Source: an uncultured Candidatus Saccharibacteria bacterium (lineage in GTDB: Bacteria > Patescibacteriota > Minisyncoccia > 2-02-FULL-40-12 > GWA2-44-9). Taken from it: 60,363 nt of DNA. The stretch covers positions 10,286-70,648 of the forward strand of contig CAYHIK010000006.1 in the NCBI GenBank assembly GCA_964356795.1. The letters are read 5' to 3'. Positions 26,830-35,059 of this stretch are shown here, piece by piece. The position numbers were made by a program, and so were the translations under genes. Under the pieces are notes generated by a model. That model saw nothing but the letters and a program-made list of their open reading frames with translations, made no database searches and was not told the DNA's origin. Position 1 is the first letter of the stretch, and each line of letters begins with the position of its first letter.

Positions 26830-28348
26830 CACCCTGTGAGTTGTTAGTCGAAAGTAGCTGAAAAGCCTTGATAGGAAGCGAGAAATTAGCGGTTCCAAAT
26901 CCGTCCTCTTTGCTGTAGGTAAGTTTGTCCGTGAAAACTAGCTTTAGAACCATCCTCTTGTCCTCCAATGTGCCATTTGTCCATTTGCCATAAGGGTTTC
27001 CGATGTAATCTAGGACGCAATGCATAGCGGTTTCAAAATTAAGCGCCATTGTCCGAGGAACCTTCATCCGTTCAATCAAAAGAGCCTCTTCTACGGAAAG
27101 CTCCGAAATACGACCCTCATAGGCCCTCAGCAAATCCTCTGCCCCTGTCTTTACAACCCTTGATACAAGCGCTCGCTTCTCCTCTCTAATGCTTGAAAGT
27201 TCTTGCTCGTGATTCTTAACCTCTTTGTTCGCTCGAATCATTCTCTTATTCCAGGACTCCGTGAATAGTGCTATAGAATAATCAATCAATTCCCTCCTAG
27301 GAGTTGCCCTCTTCAAGATGCTCTCGAAATCGCCCTCGATTTTTTCTCTCCTCACGCTTTTATTCTTCCAAGCACATTCATGTCCAGTAAACCGATAGTA
27401 TGGCAATCTTACGCTCCTGCCAGTACACCAACTCGCCGTCAGTGGGTGTTCACAATCGCTACAAACCACACTTCCGCGTAGCGGAAAATCCGCACTCATC
27501 CCCTTGTGAGAATTAAATCTTGCTCGACCGCTCAATCTATCCTGTATCTGACGAAAAACAGCCAGGGATACTAATGGCTCGTGATGCCCTATCCGTAGCT
27601 CAACACCCCATCTTGGATATTCTATATACCCAGCGTAGATAATCCTCGTGAGCAACCTCTTTACTACTTCGAGATAGACGCGTTTGCCACGCGCAAAATC
27701 TCTACTTTGCAAAAAGCCTTGCACCTCAACCTGTGATGCAAATCTTCCAGAGGCAAATCCTTCAAGCGCCTCCCTGATTGTCCCAGCTACGGGCTCTACT
27801 GGTCGCAATAACTTCCCATGAGTAGGATCTTTCGATGCTCGGTAGCCTGGCGGCGGGAAAAATGGCCAGTACCCAGATTCAAGTCGCGCTCTCTGCTTCT
27901 GCATAACCTGCCTCTTATTCTGTTCTCGTTCGAGTTGGTTCTGTGCTGCAAATATCGTCTCAACAAAAGTCCCCTCTGGAGAGTCGTCAAAGTTATAATT
28001 AAGACATCTTGGTATAACATTCCTGACCTTGAAAGCACTTCTTAAATTCCAGTGAAATACGGTGTCACGAGCGAATCGCTTGAGATCGTCAAAGATAACG
28101 ACGTATTGCTCATGCGGCTTACCGTCAATATACGCTAGAAGCTCCCTCATCGCCGGACGATTCAAAAAGTCACCACCTCCAGTGATTGTGTCGGGAAATA
28201 CCCTCTCGGTATGCCAACCGTTTTCAGCGGCGAATGCTCTACACCGATGCTCTTGGCTATCCAGTCCATGCCCCTCAGACTTCTGACGACCAGAGGACAC
28301 TCTGCAGTAGATTAATGCCCTGCGTTGTTGCTCATCATTCAAAGTCAT
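26819..28348 (-). CDS. Large serine recombinase
   Basis: ALIYCRVSSGRQ catalytic Ser region, VVIFDDLKRFARD, Cys-rich zinc-ribbon region (CSDCEHPL), long coiled-coil C-terminus. The stop codon lies inside ssrA. Confidence 0.85.
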   Translation of the reverse strand: MTLNDEQQRRALIYCRVSSGRQKSEGHGLDSQEHRCRAFAAENGWHTERVFPDTITGGGDFLNRPAMRELLAYIDGKPHEQYVVIFDDLKRFARDTVFHWNLRSAFKVRNVIPRCLNYNFDDSPEGTFVETIFAAQNQLEREQNKRQVMQKQRARLESGYWPFFPPPGYRASKDPTHGKLLRPVEPVAGTIREALEGFASGRFASQVEVQGFLQSRDFARGKRVYLEVVKRLLTRIIYAGYIEYPRWGVELRIGHHEPLVSLAVFRQIQDRLSGRARFNSHKGMSADFPLRGSVVCSDCEHPLTASWCTGRSVRLPYYRFTGHECAWKNKSVRREKIEGDFESILKRATPRRELIDYSIALFTESWNKRMIRANKEVKNHEQELSSIREEKRALVSRVVKTGAEDLLRAYEGRISELSVEEALLIERMKVPRTMALNFETAMHCVLDYIGNPYGKWTNGTLEDKRMVLKLVFTDKLTYSKEDGFGTANFSLPIKAFQLLSTNNSQGVEM

Positions 28349-28626
28349 TCGAAAAGGGTGTCTAAATATCTTTCTATCATTGCACTTATTGTATCATGGG
28401 CCCGTTGTAATTCTTGAGCGCTCAACCCCAGGGCAAGCAGCGCCTTCACGCACTCTTCTAAAGATTTTATTGGCACTCTTTCTTCCAATTTACAATCAAG
28501 TTTAGTGAATACTCTCAACAAAACGTCCCCACACTCAAATACGCACCTAAAACATCGCCACACGACCCGCTTGAGCCGATTTCTTGTCGTCCTCAGAGGT
28601 TCTTTTCTCATTCGACAGCTCGACAA
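28345..28626 (-). CDS. Small ORF coupled to the recombinase (start uncertain, probably about 28530)
   Basis: ATGA overlap with the recombinase start. The 5' part overlaps the next ORF in another frame. Confidence 0.3.
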   Translation of the reverse strand: MSSCRMRKEPLRTTRNRLKRVVWRCFRCVFECGDVLLRVFTKLDCKLEERVPIKSLEECVKALLALGLSAQELQRAHDTISAMIERYLDTLFE

Positions 28627-28813
28627 GGTGTCGGATGAGGAGTTTCTTATCAGCTGCGCAATAATCGCTCTTATCGACTAGGCGATTAAAATGTCGCGAG
28701 ATCATACTTCTACTAAAATGGCCCGTCCGAATTGCCCTTGAGAACGCTACAAAATCTGAAAGCTGAGGATTCTCGCTCAACGCTGCTCTAAATCTGCGCT
28801 CGATAGACTTCAT
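28547..28813 (-). CDS. Hypothetical small protein (possible regulator)
   Basis: 88-aa ORF at the head of the recombinase operon. Confidence 0.35.
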   Translation of the reverse strand: MKSIERRFRAALSENPQLSDFVAFSRAIRTGHFSRSMISRHFNRLVDKSDYCAADKKLLIRHLVELSNEKRTSEDDKKSAQAGRVAMF

Positions 28814-28842
28814 TTGATTGATTTAATTAATTAATACAAAAA

Positions 28843-28915
28843 CCCACTTAATACTGATCAGGTGGATTGTCGCTAAACAACACCTGCCCAGTATTAAATG
28901 GGTATAGCGACAATC
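28843..28915. repeat. Two interleaved inverted repeats
   Basis: CCCACTTAATACTG (28843-56) pairs with CAGTATTAAATGGG (28889-902). GATTGTCGCTA (28865-75) pairs with TAGCGACAATC (28905-15). Confidence 0.7.
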
Positions 28916-29294
28916 GGTAGGTCGCTGGGAGAAACAAAAAATGCCTCTTCAGCGAGATCGAATTCTTGACTATTACGTCAGAAACTCAATTTCACTGAAC
29001 AGGCATTTTACAACCAGTTTTAATTGCTTGGTTAGGCAACAGTTCAGCTCCACTCTTTGGCAAGGGTCTTTTTTAACGAGGTTACCACGAATCCTCCTGT
29101 GAGTGGGGGCTTAAGCGAAGTCGCATCGACGCCGCTCAAGTCTATCTTTTATTTATAATGATCTAATCTATCCCTACTCGTATATTATAGCATATCGAAT
29201 ATTTTGGAACAACAATCTGCAGGATGTGAACTTCATCTATTCCTAAAAAAGACAGCGGTGGTACACTCGCTATATAATTTGAGATTGTAAATCC

Positions 29295-30059
29295 ATGCTC
29301 AATATCATCGGAAAACTGCTCATTGCCTCGATTATTTTTATTGGCGGGTTCTCCCTGCCTCGCAGGGATGCTCCACCCGCAACAACAAGTACGCCACCCC
29401 CTCCTATTGTGGTAAACACCCAGGATCCTACGCCGACTATTATCTCGAAGAGGAGGAGTGCCCCAACTCCAGCACCCACGACGAACCCACCCATCGCTAC
29501 ATCGACTCCGACACTCCAGCCGAGCCTCCCGCAAATCCATCAATCCATTTCGACGACCGTACCTCTCATAGCCACCGCCATACCGATACAGACGCCAAAC
29601 ATGGAGAAAGTGCTTTTAGACTCTCTGAGCAAAGTCTACACAGATAACCTACAAAAAATTGCTGAAATGCAAAAAGACTGGGAAGATCTGCAAGCTAAAG
29701 AAAAACCGATCTGGGACCAGATCGCCGTCATCAACCAAGCTCAAAAAGATTTAGGCTGTGGAAAATTTGACCTAGCACACACAACTGGCGAAATCGGTCA
29801 GAAGTGCAACCTATACGATGCCGAGGTCATGCAGCTGTCTGCCCAAATCTCGTCATTGACTAGCCAATACGCAGCATCTCACGGTTTTAGCGTTGCTCCA
29901 AGTACAAAATTTCAAGATACCGTTAGCGGTGCAGGAACCCACTACACGTTCTACTACGATGCTCAACTTGGACATGGCGATATCTATAATCAAGCAAACC
30001 CACTAGACCATCGCAGGGTTTATTGCTCTTCCGGGGTCTGCAATATTTATGGCCCCTAG
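29295..30059 (+). CDS. Secreted/anchored protein with Pro/Thr-rich linker (hypothetical)
   Basis: N-terminal TM, PPATTSTPPPP linker, Cys-containing C-terminal domain. Confidence 0.55.
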   Translation: MLNIIGKLLIASIIFIGGFSLPRRDAPPATTSTPPPPIVVNTQDPTPTIISKRRSAPTPAPTTNPPIATSTPTLQPSLPQIHQSISTTVPLIATAIPIQTPNMEKVLLDSLSKVYTDNLQKIAEMQKDWEDLQAKEKPIWDQIAVINQAQKDLGCGKFDLAHTTGEIGQKCNLYDAEVMQLSAQISSLTSQYAASHGFSVAPSTKFQDTVSGAGTHYTFYYDAQLGHGDIYNQANPLDHRRVYCSSGVCNIYGP

Positions 30060-30137
30060 CAGTGTAATCGTCGTATAGGACTACTAAGCTGAACCCAGCC
30101 CCCCATAGTTTATACTGCGGTATCGGTAGCTATGGTG

Positions 30138-31004
30138 TTACTGAAACTTTTTAACCCCTTCTTTGATTTCTTCTTCAGTGGAAGGCGGCGTGATGCTTAG
30201 ATAAAGTGAGTCTAGCTCGGCAAAACTCTTCCTATCACCAAGGTGACCATACAGCGCCTTAAGCTGTATGAGTGTGGAGCTCATTGCCGTGATTAGATGG
30301 CAAATGCTTTCACGCGTCCAATGGTATCCCGCCACAAGATCCTCATCTAACCCTTCAGAAAAAACATCAACGAACTCCATAACAGCTGGATATGAATTAT
30401 GGGGGTATTTAGAAAATAGTCTATATATAAAAGTCTTCATTTCCCTTATAGGAAGTTTTTCGCCCGATAAGGGGTGGGTGCCAAGGATTTCTTCATACTT
30501 CTGACGGCTCGTAGCTGCTTCTATAACCTCTCCCTTAAACCACTCAACAAGGTAGCTCCCCTTTTTATCCTCACTAAAGAGCATTATCAAGTCTAAATTC
30601 TCGTGTAGAGATCTGAGAAGTTCCAGCAACTCCTGGTTCCTGCCCGTCCTAGCTAGCCCAAATAAGACCTCCCACCTTCTCATAACTTTCCAGAAAAGGA
30701 GATAGACTGCGCATGCTTTTGTTTGTTCAATCGGCTTACGAATGTACGCCCGCAAACTTTTAATATAGGGGGTCATTTTATGAAAAATCGTCTCTAGTCT
30801 TGCAACGGCTTCTTCAATGCATGCCTCATCTTGCCTACGCTGAAACCCAGGATACTGTGGATTCCTACTTGCATACCTTTTCGCCGCGCCACTCCTGAAT
30901 TTCTCTCTAGCAGACTCGATAGACTCTTGAATAGACTCCCTTATCAATTCTCTCGGAGTTTTCTTAGGTGACATTTTCTGGATATAAATAAATTCCCCCA
31001 CCAT
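30138..31004 (-). CDS. Hypothetical all-helical protein, island cargo
   Basis: 288-aa ORF, AT-rich. Only a vague resemblance to AbiV/DUF5677-like helical proteins (low confidence, from memory). Confidence 0.45.
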   Translation of the reverse strand: MVGEFIYIQKMSPKKTPRELIRESIQESIESAREKFRSGAAKRYASRNPQYPGFQRRQDEACIEEAVARLETIFHKMTPYIKSLRAYIRKPIEQTKACAVYLLFWKVMRRWEVLFGLARTGRNQELLELLRSLHENLDLIMLFSEDKKGSYLVEWFKGEVIEAATSRQKYEEILGTHPLSGEKLPIREMKTFIYRLFSKYPHNSYPAVMEFVDVFSEGLDEDLVAGYHWTRESICHLITAMSSTLIQLKALYGHLGDRKSFAELDSLYLSITPPSTEEEIKEGVKKFQ

Positions 31005-31028
31005 TCTCGCCTGCTGTAGTATCGGGCA

Positions 31029-31517
31029 TTATCCCTGTTCGATTTTTATACTCTTTGGATTCATAACGACGAAACCGGGTATTTTCTTAAAATCATCCTT
31101 ATCATCGAAGGTTAGAATATGCTCTATGCTATTGTTTTTCATAATCACACTATGAACCACATCTTGGAATCCAGAATTATATTGCAAAATACCCCTCTTA
31201 ACGTGATAGAAGAACTCGTTAAAATCATAATCCTTCAGTGGGCTGGTTGGCACAAACTCAATCTTTAAGGGCCCCAGCCGCCTTTCACCGGTAAATGAAT
31301 TCTCTATCTCTGTTACCTTATCCCGGTCCATCTTTTTTGTTATTACCAAGACCTTGACCATTTCAGTCATTGCCCACGAAGATGTTACGAGCTTATCGCT
31401 TGGAATATTTGAAAACGCGTCTAGAGCCTTGAGAACCCAGGCGTGCTTTTCTTTTTCATCATCGGTATTTGAGTAATAAGCGACGAGTATATTGGCGTCT
31501 AAGTATATACGCCTCAT
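31029..31517 (-). CDS. PIN-domain protein (VapC-like toxin)
   Basis: MRRIYLDANILVAYY N-terminus; later acidic positions (MTEMVKV, TFDDKD). Confidence 0.7.
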   Translation of the reverse strand: MRRIYLDANILVAYYSNTDDEKEKHAWVLKALDAFSNIPSDKLVTSSWAMTEMVKVLVITKKMDRDKVTEIENSFTGERRLGPLKIEFVPTSPLKDYDFNEFFYHVKRGILQYNSGFQDVVHSVIMKNNSIEHILTFDDKDDFKKIPGFVVMNPKSIKIEQG

Positions 31518-31675
31518 TTTCTTTTTTGTCTCACCTTGAATACAACCGGGAGCTTTGCCTGTATGGTTTGAATGGCACCAAAAACAACTATCTGCCCATC
31601 TCTTGTTCTAAATTTCACCTCTACGGGCTTCTTGATTGTCTTCAATGCTTGGAATTTTACGACCTTGTTTGCCAT
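31514..31675 (-). CDS. 53-aa putative antitoxin
   Basis: Below the ORF-track size cutoff. MANKVVKFQALKTIKKPVEVKFRTRDGQIVVFGAIQTIQAKLPVVFKVRQKRK. ATGA overlap with the PIN start. Confidence 0.5.
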   Translation of the reverse strand: MANKVVKFQALKTIKKPVEVKFRTRDGQIVVFGAIQTIQAKLPVVFKVRQKRK

Positions 31676-31759
31676 TTGAATCTTGATAGCTATCTAGGAG
31701 AATATATAATATTTCTTCGTAATTCCATAGGCACACCGCCTTGCAATATGATACTCACT

Positions 31760-31789
31760 GGGACGAGGGTTCAAATCCTGGCATGTGAC
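31760..31789 (+). other. tmRNA/tRNA 3'-end-like fragment
   Basis: GGGACGAGGGTTCAAATCCTGGCATGTGAC; T-arm-like with 4 of 5 stem pairs. Confidence 0.35.
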
Positions 31790-31863
31790 TATGGAACACT
31801 GACAAATCTAGTGCCTATCAGCGGATTTCCCCGATTCATCATGAGTTGGTAGCCTGCAAATAT

Positions 31864-31907
31864 GTAGGATTCCAGTTGATTCCAATTATTTCGTATCATC
31901 TCCACCA
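31864..31907 (+). other. Displaced, decayed original ssrA 3' end (attR-side repeat)
   Basis: GTAGGATTCC..GATTCC..CATCTCCACCA. It shares CATCTCCAC with 26822-26830 and retains CCA. Confidence 0.55.
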
Positions 31908-31916
31908 AATAAAAAT

Positions 31917-31946
31917 ACTCGCCCGCATGGGTGGGTATTTTTATTT
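31917..31946 (+). terminator. Intrinsic terminator (likely the original ssrA terminator)
   Basis: ACUCGCCC-GCAU-GGGUGGGU followed by AUUUUUAUUU. Confidence 0.65.
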
Positions 31947-32034
31947 GCGTAGACGAAGACGGAAGGAACCGAACAATTCTTGCGCCTAGCTAATTTAGTG
32001 GTATTATATTGCACGTTGAGATAGGAGGTAGCGC

Positions 32035-32310
32035 GTGCTCTTTTTAAAAGTCCTTCTTGGTGTTGTCGGAGCCCTTCTCCTATTAACTGCCCTGGAGGGC
32101 TCTTTTATCCTTATCCTCAGGCTATCCATCGCAACAGTACGTCCGGCCTTGATGCGCATATGGGGTTTTTGCTTTGACAGAAATATCCCATTTCCAAATT
32201 GGTGGGAGGGGCTACAAGGATTGATGGTGTCATCCCTAGTGGCACTAATCGTATGGCTCACCATCTGGATAACCATCGGAATAAAGCTCTACTCCTACCT
32301 TTCTGTTTAG
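32035..32310 (+). CDS. Small membrane protein (hypothetical)
   Basis: GTG start with TAGGAGG upstream, 3 TM segments, terminator 32352-32388. Confidence 0.5.
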   Translation: MLFLKVLLGVVGALLLLTALEGSFILILRLSIATVRPALMRIWGFCFDRNIPFPNWWEGLQGLMVSSLVALIVWLTIWITIGIKLYSYLSV

Positions 32311-32489
32311 ATTTTGTCTAACTCATCTCGACACCAGACCAATCAAATTCAGCGCACGACCTAATGGGTACGGCGCTTTTTCTTTTTCTCCGCGAGGCGC
32401 GTAGGACTACCGCCAACAGAATCTCCCTTTTGGGAGCTTCTGTGCTTTCTGTGAGTGGGCGCAAAATTCACGCGGGCCCTGAGACTAAC

Positions 32490-32518
32490 TTGACAATATT
32501 AATTGAATATGCTATCAT
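32490..32518 (+). promoter_or_regulatory. Consensus-like sigma70 promoter
   Basis: TTGACA, 17 nt, TATCAT. Confidence 0.6.
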
Positions 32519-32525
32519 TAATATA

Positions 32526-32741
32526 CAAGGTGCTTCTTCGGTGGCCTACGGGTGTACAGCCGACCGACACAAGAGAAGCACTGAGCTATGATCCCCAAGT
32601 CTCCCCCGCCTGAAGTCGCTTATGGAGCTTTTTTGCTGAGCCAACGGTACGGTTCAGTCCATGAACGACGGAGGGTCCGAAGAAAGGCCTGGGCGAATGG
32701 CACACCGCCGGCTCCACGATGGAGTCGGCGGATTTTCTTTT
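32526..32741 (+). ncRNA. Candidate stand-alone small RNA (~215 nt), class unknown
   Basis: Bounded by the promoter above and the terminator CCGCCGGCUCC-ACGAU-GGAGUCGGCGG plus a U-tract (32705-32741). 5' long hairpin GUGCUUCU..AGAGAAGCAC. No plausible ORF or RBS. Confidence 0.45.
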
Positions 32742-32793
32742 CTATAATAATATGGGCCCAAGAAAAAGCCGACCCGCGGGGGTCGGCTTTGCG

Positions 32794-33702
32794 TTATCGG
32801 CGAAGCGCCACGTAGAAACCGCGACGATAGCGGAGTCTCACGTTGCTCCGACTCGTCATCACCACACCGATGGTTCTCCACCCAGTGCGAGCGGGGTCAA
32901 TGATGGATTCGTATGCGAGGTGATACTGCATACCGAGTTCGGAGGAGATATTATTGAACGCACCAACGATATCATCTCGAGAATACGGATGCTGCACCGA
33001 AACGAGTCGTCCTCCCGTTTCAAAGACTACCGACTCCATGAAGTGCTTCGCCTGCTCGGCAAGCACTCGCGCCCTCGGGTTTTCCTCATATGCGCGAGTG
33101 ATGTGTACGGCGTAGCACACCACAGAACTTCGTCGAATCTCGTCGAGCGCAGCCTCCGCGGTCATCGAGCTCACGGTGTTCTCACCGTCAGAGAGAATAA
33201 TCAATACGCGTCGGCGATCGAGGTCCTTTCGATGTCGATTCTCAAGAAGCCGCGTCGCAGTGTACATCGCGAGATGAACCGACGTATTCTTCCCCTGCAC
33301 AAGCGACTTCAGCGAGCGCGCCGCAGCGTCATGATCCATCGTGAAATTGCTCAGCACTTGGTACGCATCATCAAATGAAGCAACCTGCACCTCATCAATC
33401 GGACGCAGCGAGCGAATGAGTCGTTCGGCAGCTTCTCGAATTGATGGGATGAGAGGTTCCATCGAAAACGATGCGTCGAGCAATACGATGACACTCGCGG
33501 GTGCGTCTTCCTGCAGGAAGTTTGTGACCTGCTGACGCTTACCATCCTCGAAGATATTGAAATCTTGAGGGGTCAATCCCACCACCGGAGCACCTGTCCG
33601 CGGATCGACTGCATTCACCGTCACCCCAACAACCTCAACTTGCGCTGCAAACGTCGGCATGGGGCCCGCTTGCAGTAGCAATCCCACCATCAGAGCTAGC
33701 AT
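32794..33702 (-). CDS. Secreted von Willebrand factor type A (VWA) domain protein
   Basis: MIDAS-type VIVLLDASFSM, ILSDGENT, signal peptide from ATG 33702. Confidence 0.8.
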   Translation of the reverse strand: MLALMVGLLLQAGPMPTFAAQVEVVGVTVNAVDPRTGAPVVGLTPQDFNIFEDGKRQQVTNFLQEDAPASVIVLLDASFSMEPLIPSIREAAERLIRSLRPIDEVQVASFDDAYQVLSNFTMDHDAAARSLKSLVQGKNTSVHLAMYTATRLLENRHRKDLDRRRVLIILSDGENTVSSMTAEAALDEIRRSSVVCYAVHITRAYEENPRARVLAEQAKHFMESVVFETGGRLVSVQHPYSRDDIVGAFNNISSELGMQYHLAYESIIDPARTGWRTIGVVMTSRSNVRLRYRRGFYVALRR

Positions 33703-33822
33703 GGTAAAGAACCCCCTTGGAATAGAGGAATACGCTCTTTTTGTGCATTCGTCAATCACTAATCCTAGACAAAACAACCAAATGCGGTATAGTCATTTCG
33801 CTCATTAACGCAGGAGGTTAGC

Positions 33823-34134
33823 ATGCCAGTGCGCACTTCGTTCGTTGGGCTACTCTTCGCAGTGTTGCTTGGGGGTATGCTCTTCTTCGCCTTCAGTCCG
33901 GACTGGAAACCCCAGCGCACAGAGTCCGAAGAAATCACACCCATCGCCCACCCGAATGGCGTGTACTTCTTCCCTGTCACGGGAGTCGAGTACCACCACG
34001 CGCTCGGAACGTTCATGGCGAAGCATCCTGAGCTTGCATGTCAGTACGCCGGGCACGACCCGTCAAACCCTCTCGGTCATACATGGCTCTGCCGCGACGT
34101 CGCCATCGAAGCGCAAGACGTAACCGTTCCCTGA
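33823..34134 (+). CDS. Small membrane-anchored protein (hypothetical)
   Basis: CAGGAGG upstream of the ATG; terminator 34144-34172. Confidence 0.5.
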   Translation: MPVRTSFVGLLFAVLLGGMLFFAFSPDWKPQRTESEEITPIAHPNGVYFFPVTGVEYHHALGTFMAKHPELACQYAGHDPSNPLGHTWLCRDVAIEAQDVTVP

Positions 34135-34187
34135 AGTATGCACAACCCCTCTCGACAGAGGGGTTTCTCTTTGCCATGCTGAACGGC

Positions 34188-34751
34188 ATGAAAATAAACA
34201 CGCGCATTGCACTCGCACTCATTCTTATCATTGTCGCCGGAGGAGCTATTTGGTTTGTCACACAACGCGCCGACCTACTCGCAAACACGTCACCCGAAGC
34301 ATCGGAAACTCCCTCCGCATCACCCACGCCAGTCGTAATCGCATACGATGATGCCCCCAGTGATTGGCCAGTCTATTCAAGCGCCTCGCTCGGTTACTCA
34401 GTTTCATATCCGAAGGACTGGAAAATGAGTAGTTGTGGCCCAGGATGTGTTGGATGGTCCACGGCAGAAATGAAAGCCGGCGAATTTGCGCTCGGCATTA
34501 TTCAGACAACCGGCACCCTCGATACACTCCTCAAAGATGCTGAGCAATATATCTCCGCAAAAGAACAGCTCGACATCAACGGCAATGCGTGGATTAGACT
34601 CACCCTCAAAGAGCCCACCGCCGGCACACTCATCACCACGCACTTCATTCAACAGGGCGAGAAGCTCTACGAATTTGGAAGCTCGATGCTCGATGCGAAC
34701 ATCCTTTCGACATACGGCCAGATGATTCGTTCTTTCAAGTTTCTGAAGTAG
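34188..34751 (+). CDS. Membrane-anchored extracytoplasmic protein (hypothetical)
   Basis: MKINTRIALALILIIVAGG anchor. Alternative ATG at 34176. Confidence 0.55.
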   Translation: MKINTRIALALILIIVAGGAIWFVTQRADLLANTSPEASETPSASPTPVVIAYDDAPSDWPVYSSASLGYSVSYPKDWKMSSCGPGCVGWSTAEMKAGEFALGIIQTTGTLDTLLKDAEQYISAKEQLDINGNAWIRLTLKEPTAGTLITTHFIQQGEKLYEFGSSMLDANILSTYGQMIRSFKFLK

Positions 34752-34759
34752 GAGGCGTT

Positions 34760-34993
34760 ATGTTTGTCGCGGTGAGCGAGATTTGCATGCAAAACGGCAC
34801 CACGCGCCTCGTGATTGACGGTCCGTTTCCGACACCCGAAGAAGCACTTCGCGCGCGACTGTGCATCTTTCGCGCCTCGAGGTATCACTTCGCAGACACC
34901 ACCGTCATATGCGTTGACCAAGACGTCGACACGCTCCAGCTCGCACTCGAGCAGGTGCTCAACCTGCTTCGACTTCATGCCCCCGAATGTTAA
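34760..34993 (+). CDS. Hypothetical small protein
   Basis: TAGGAGG upstream; terminator 34979-35008. Confidence 0.5.
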   Translation: MFVAVSEICMQNGTTRLVIDGPFPTPEEALRARLCIFRASRYHFADTTVICVDQDVDTLQLALEQVLNLLRLHAPEC

Positions 34994-35013
34994 TGTCGGG
35001 GGCGTTTTAATTA

Positions 35014-35042
35014 TTGACTTATCAGTAAATATTTGATATAAT
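35014..35042 (+). promoter_or_regulatory. Sigma70-like promoter with extended -10
   Basis: TTGACT, 17 nt, (TGa)TATAAT. Confidence 0.6.
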
Positions 35043-35059
35043 AGTATCGGAGGTGCCTC

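Larger units (their letters stand above)
26819..31907. mobile_element. Integrated island at the ssrA 3' end (large serine recombinase, TA module, orphan cargo)
   Basis: Left end lies within the tmRNA acceptor. The right end is marked by CATCTCCACCA (31897-31907) plus a relic T-arm and the original-looking terminator. The interior is visibly AT-richer than the flanks. Confidence 0.65.

Noticed and set aside
32588-32815. 75-aa ORF inside the candidate sRNA
   Set aside because: It has no RBS, reads through a strong terminator and continues into the convergent VWA gene's 3' end.
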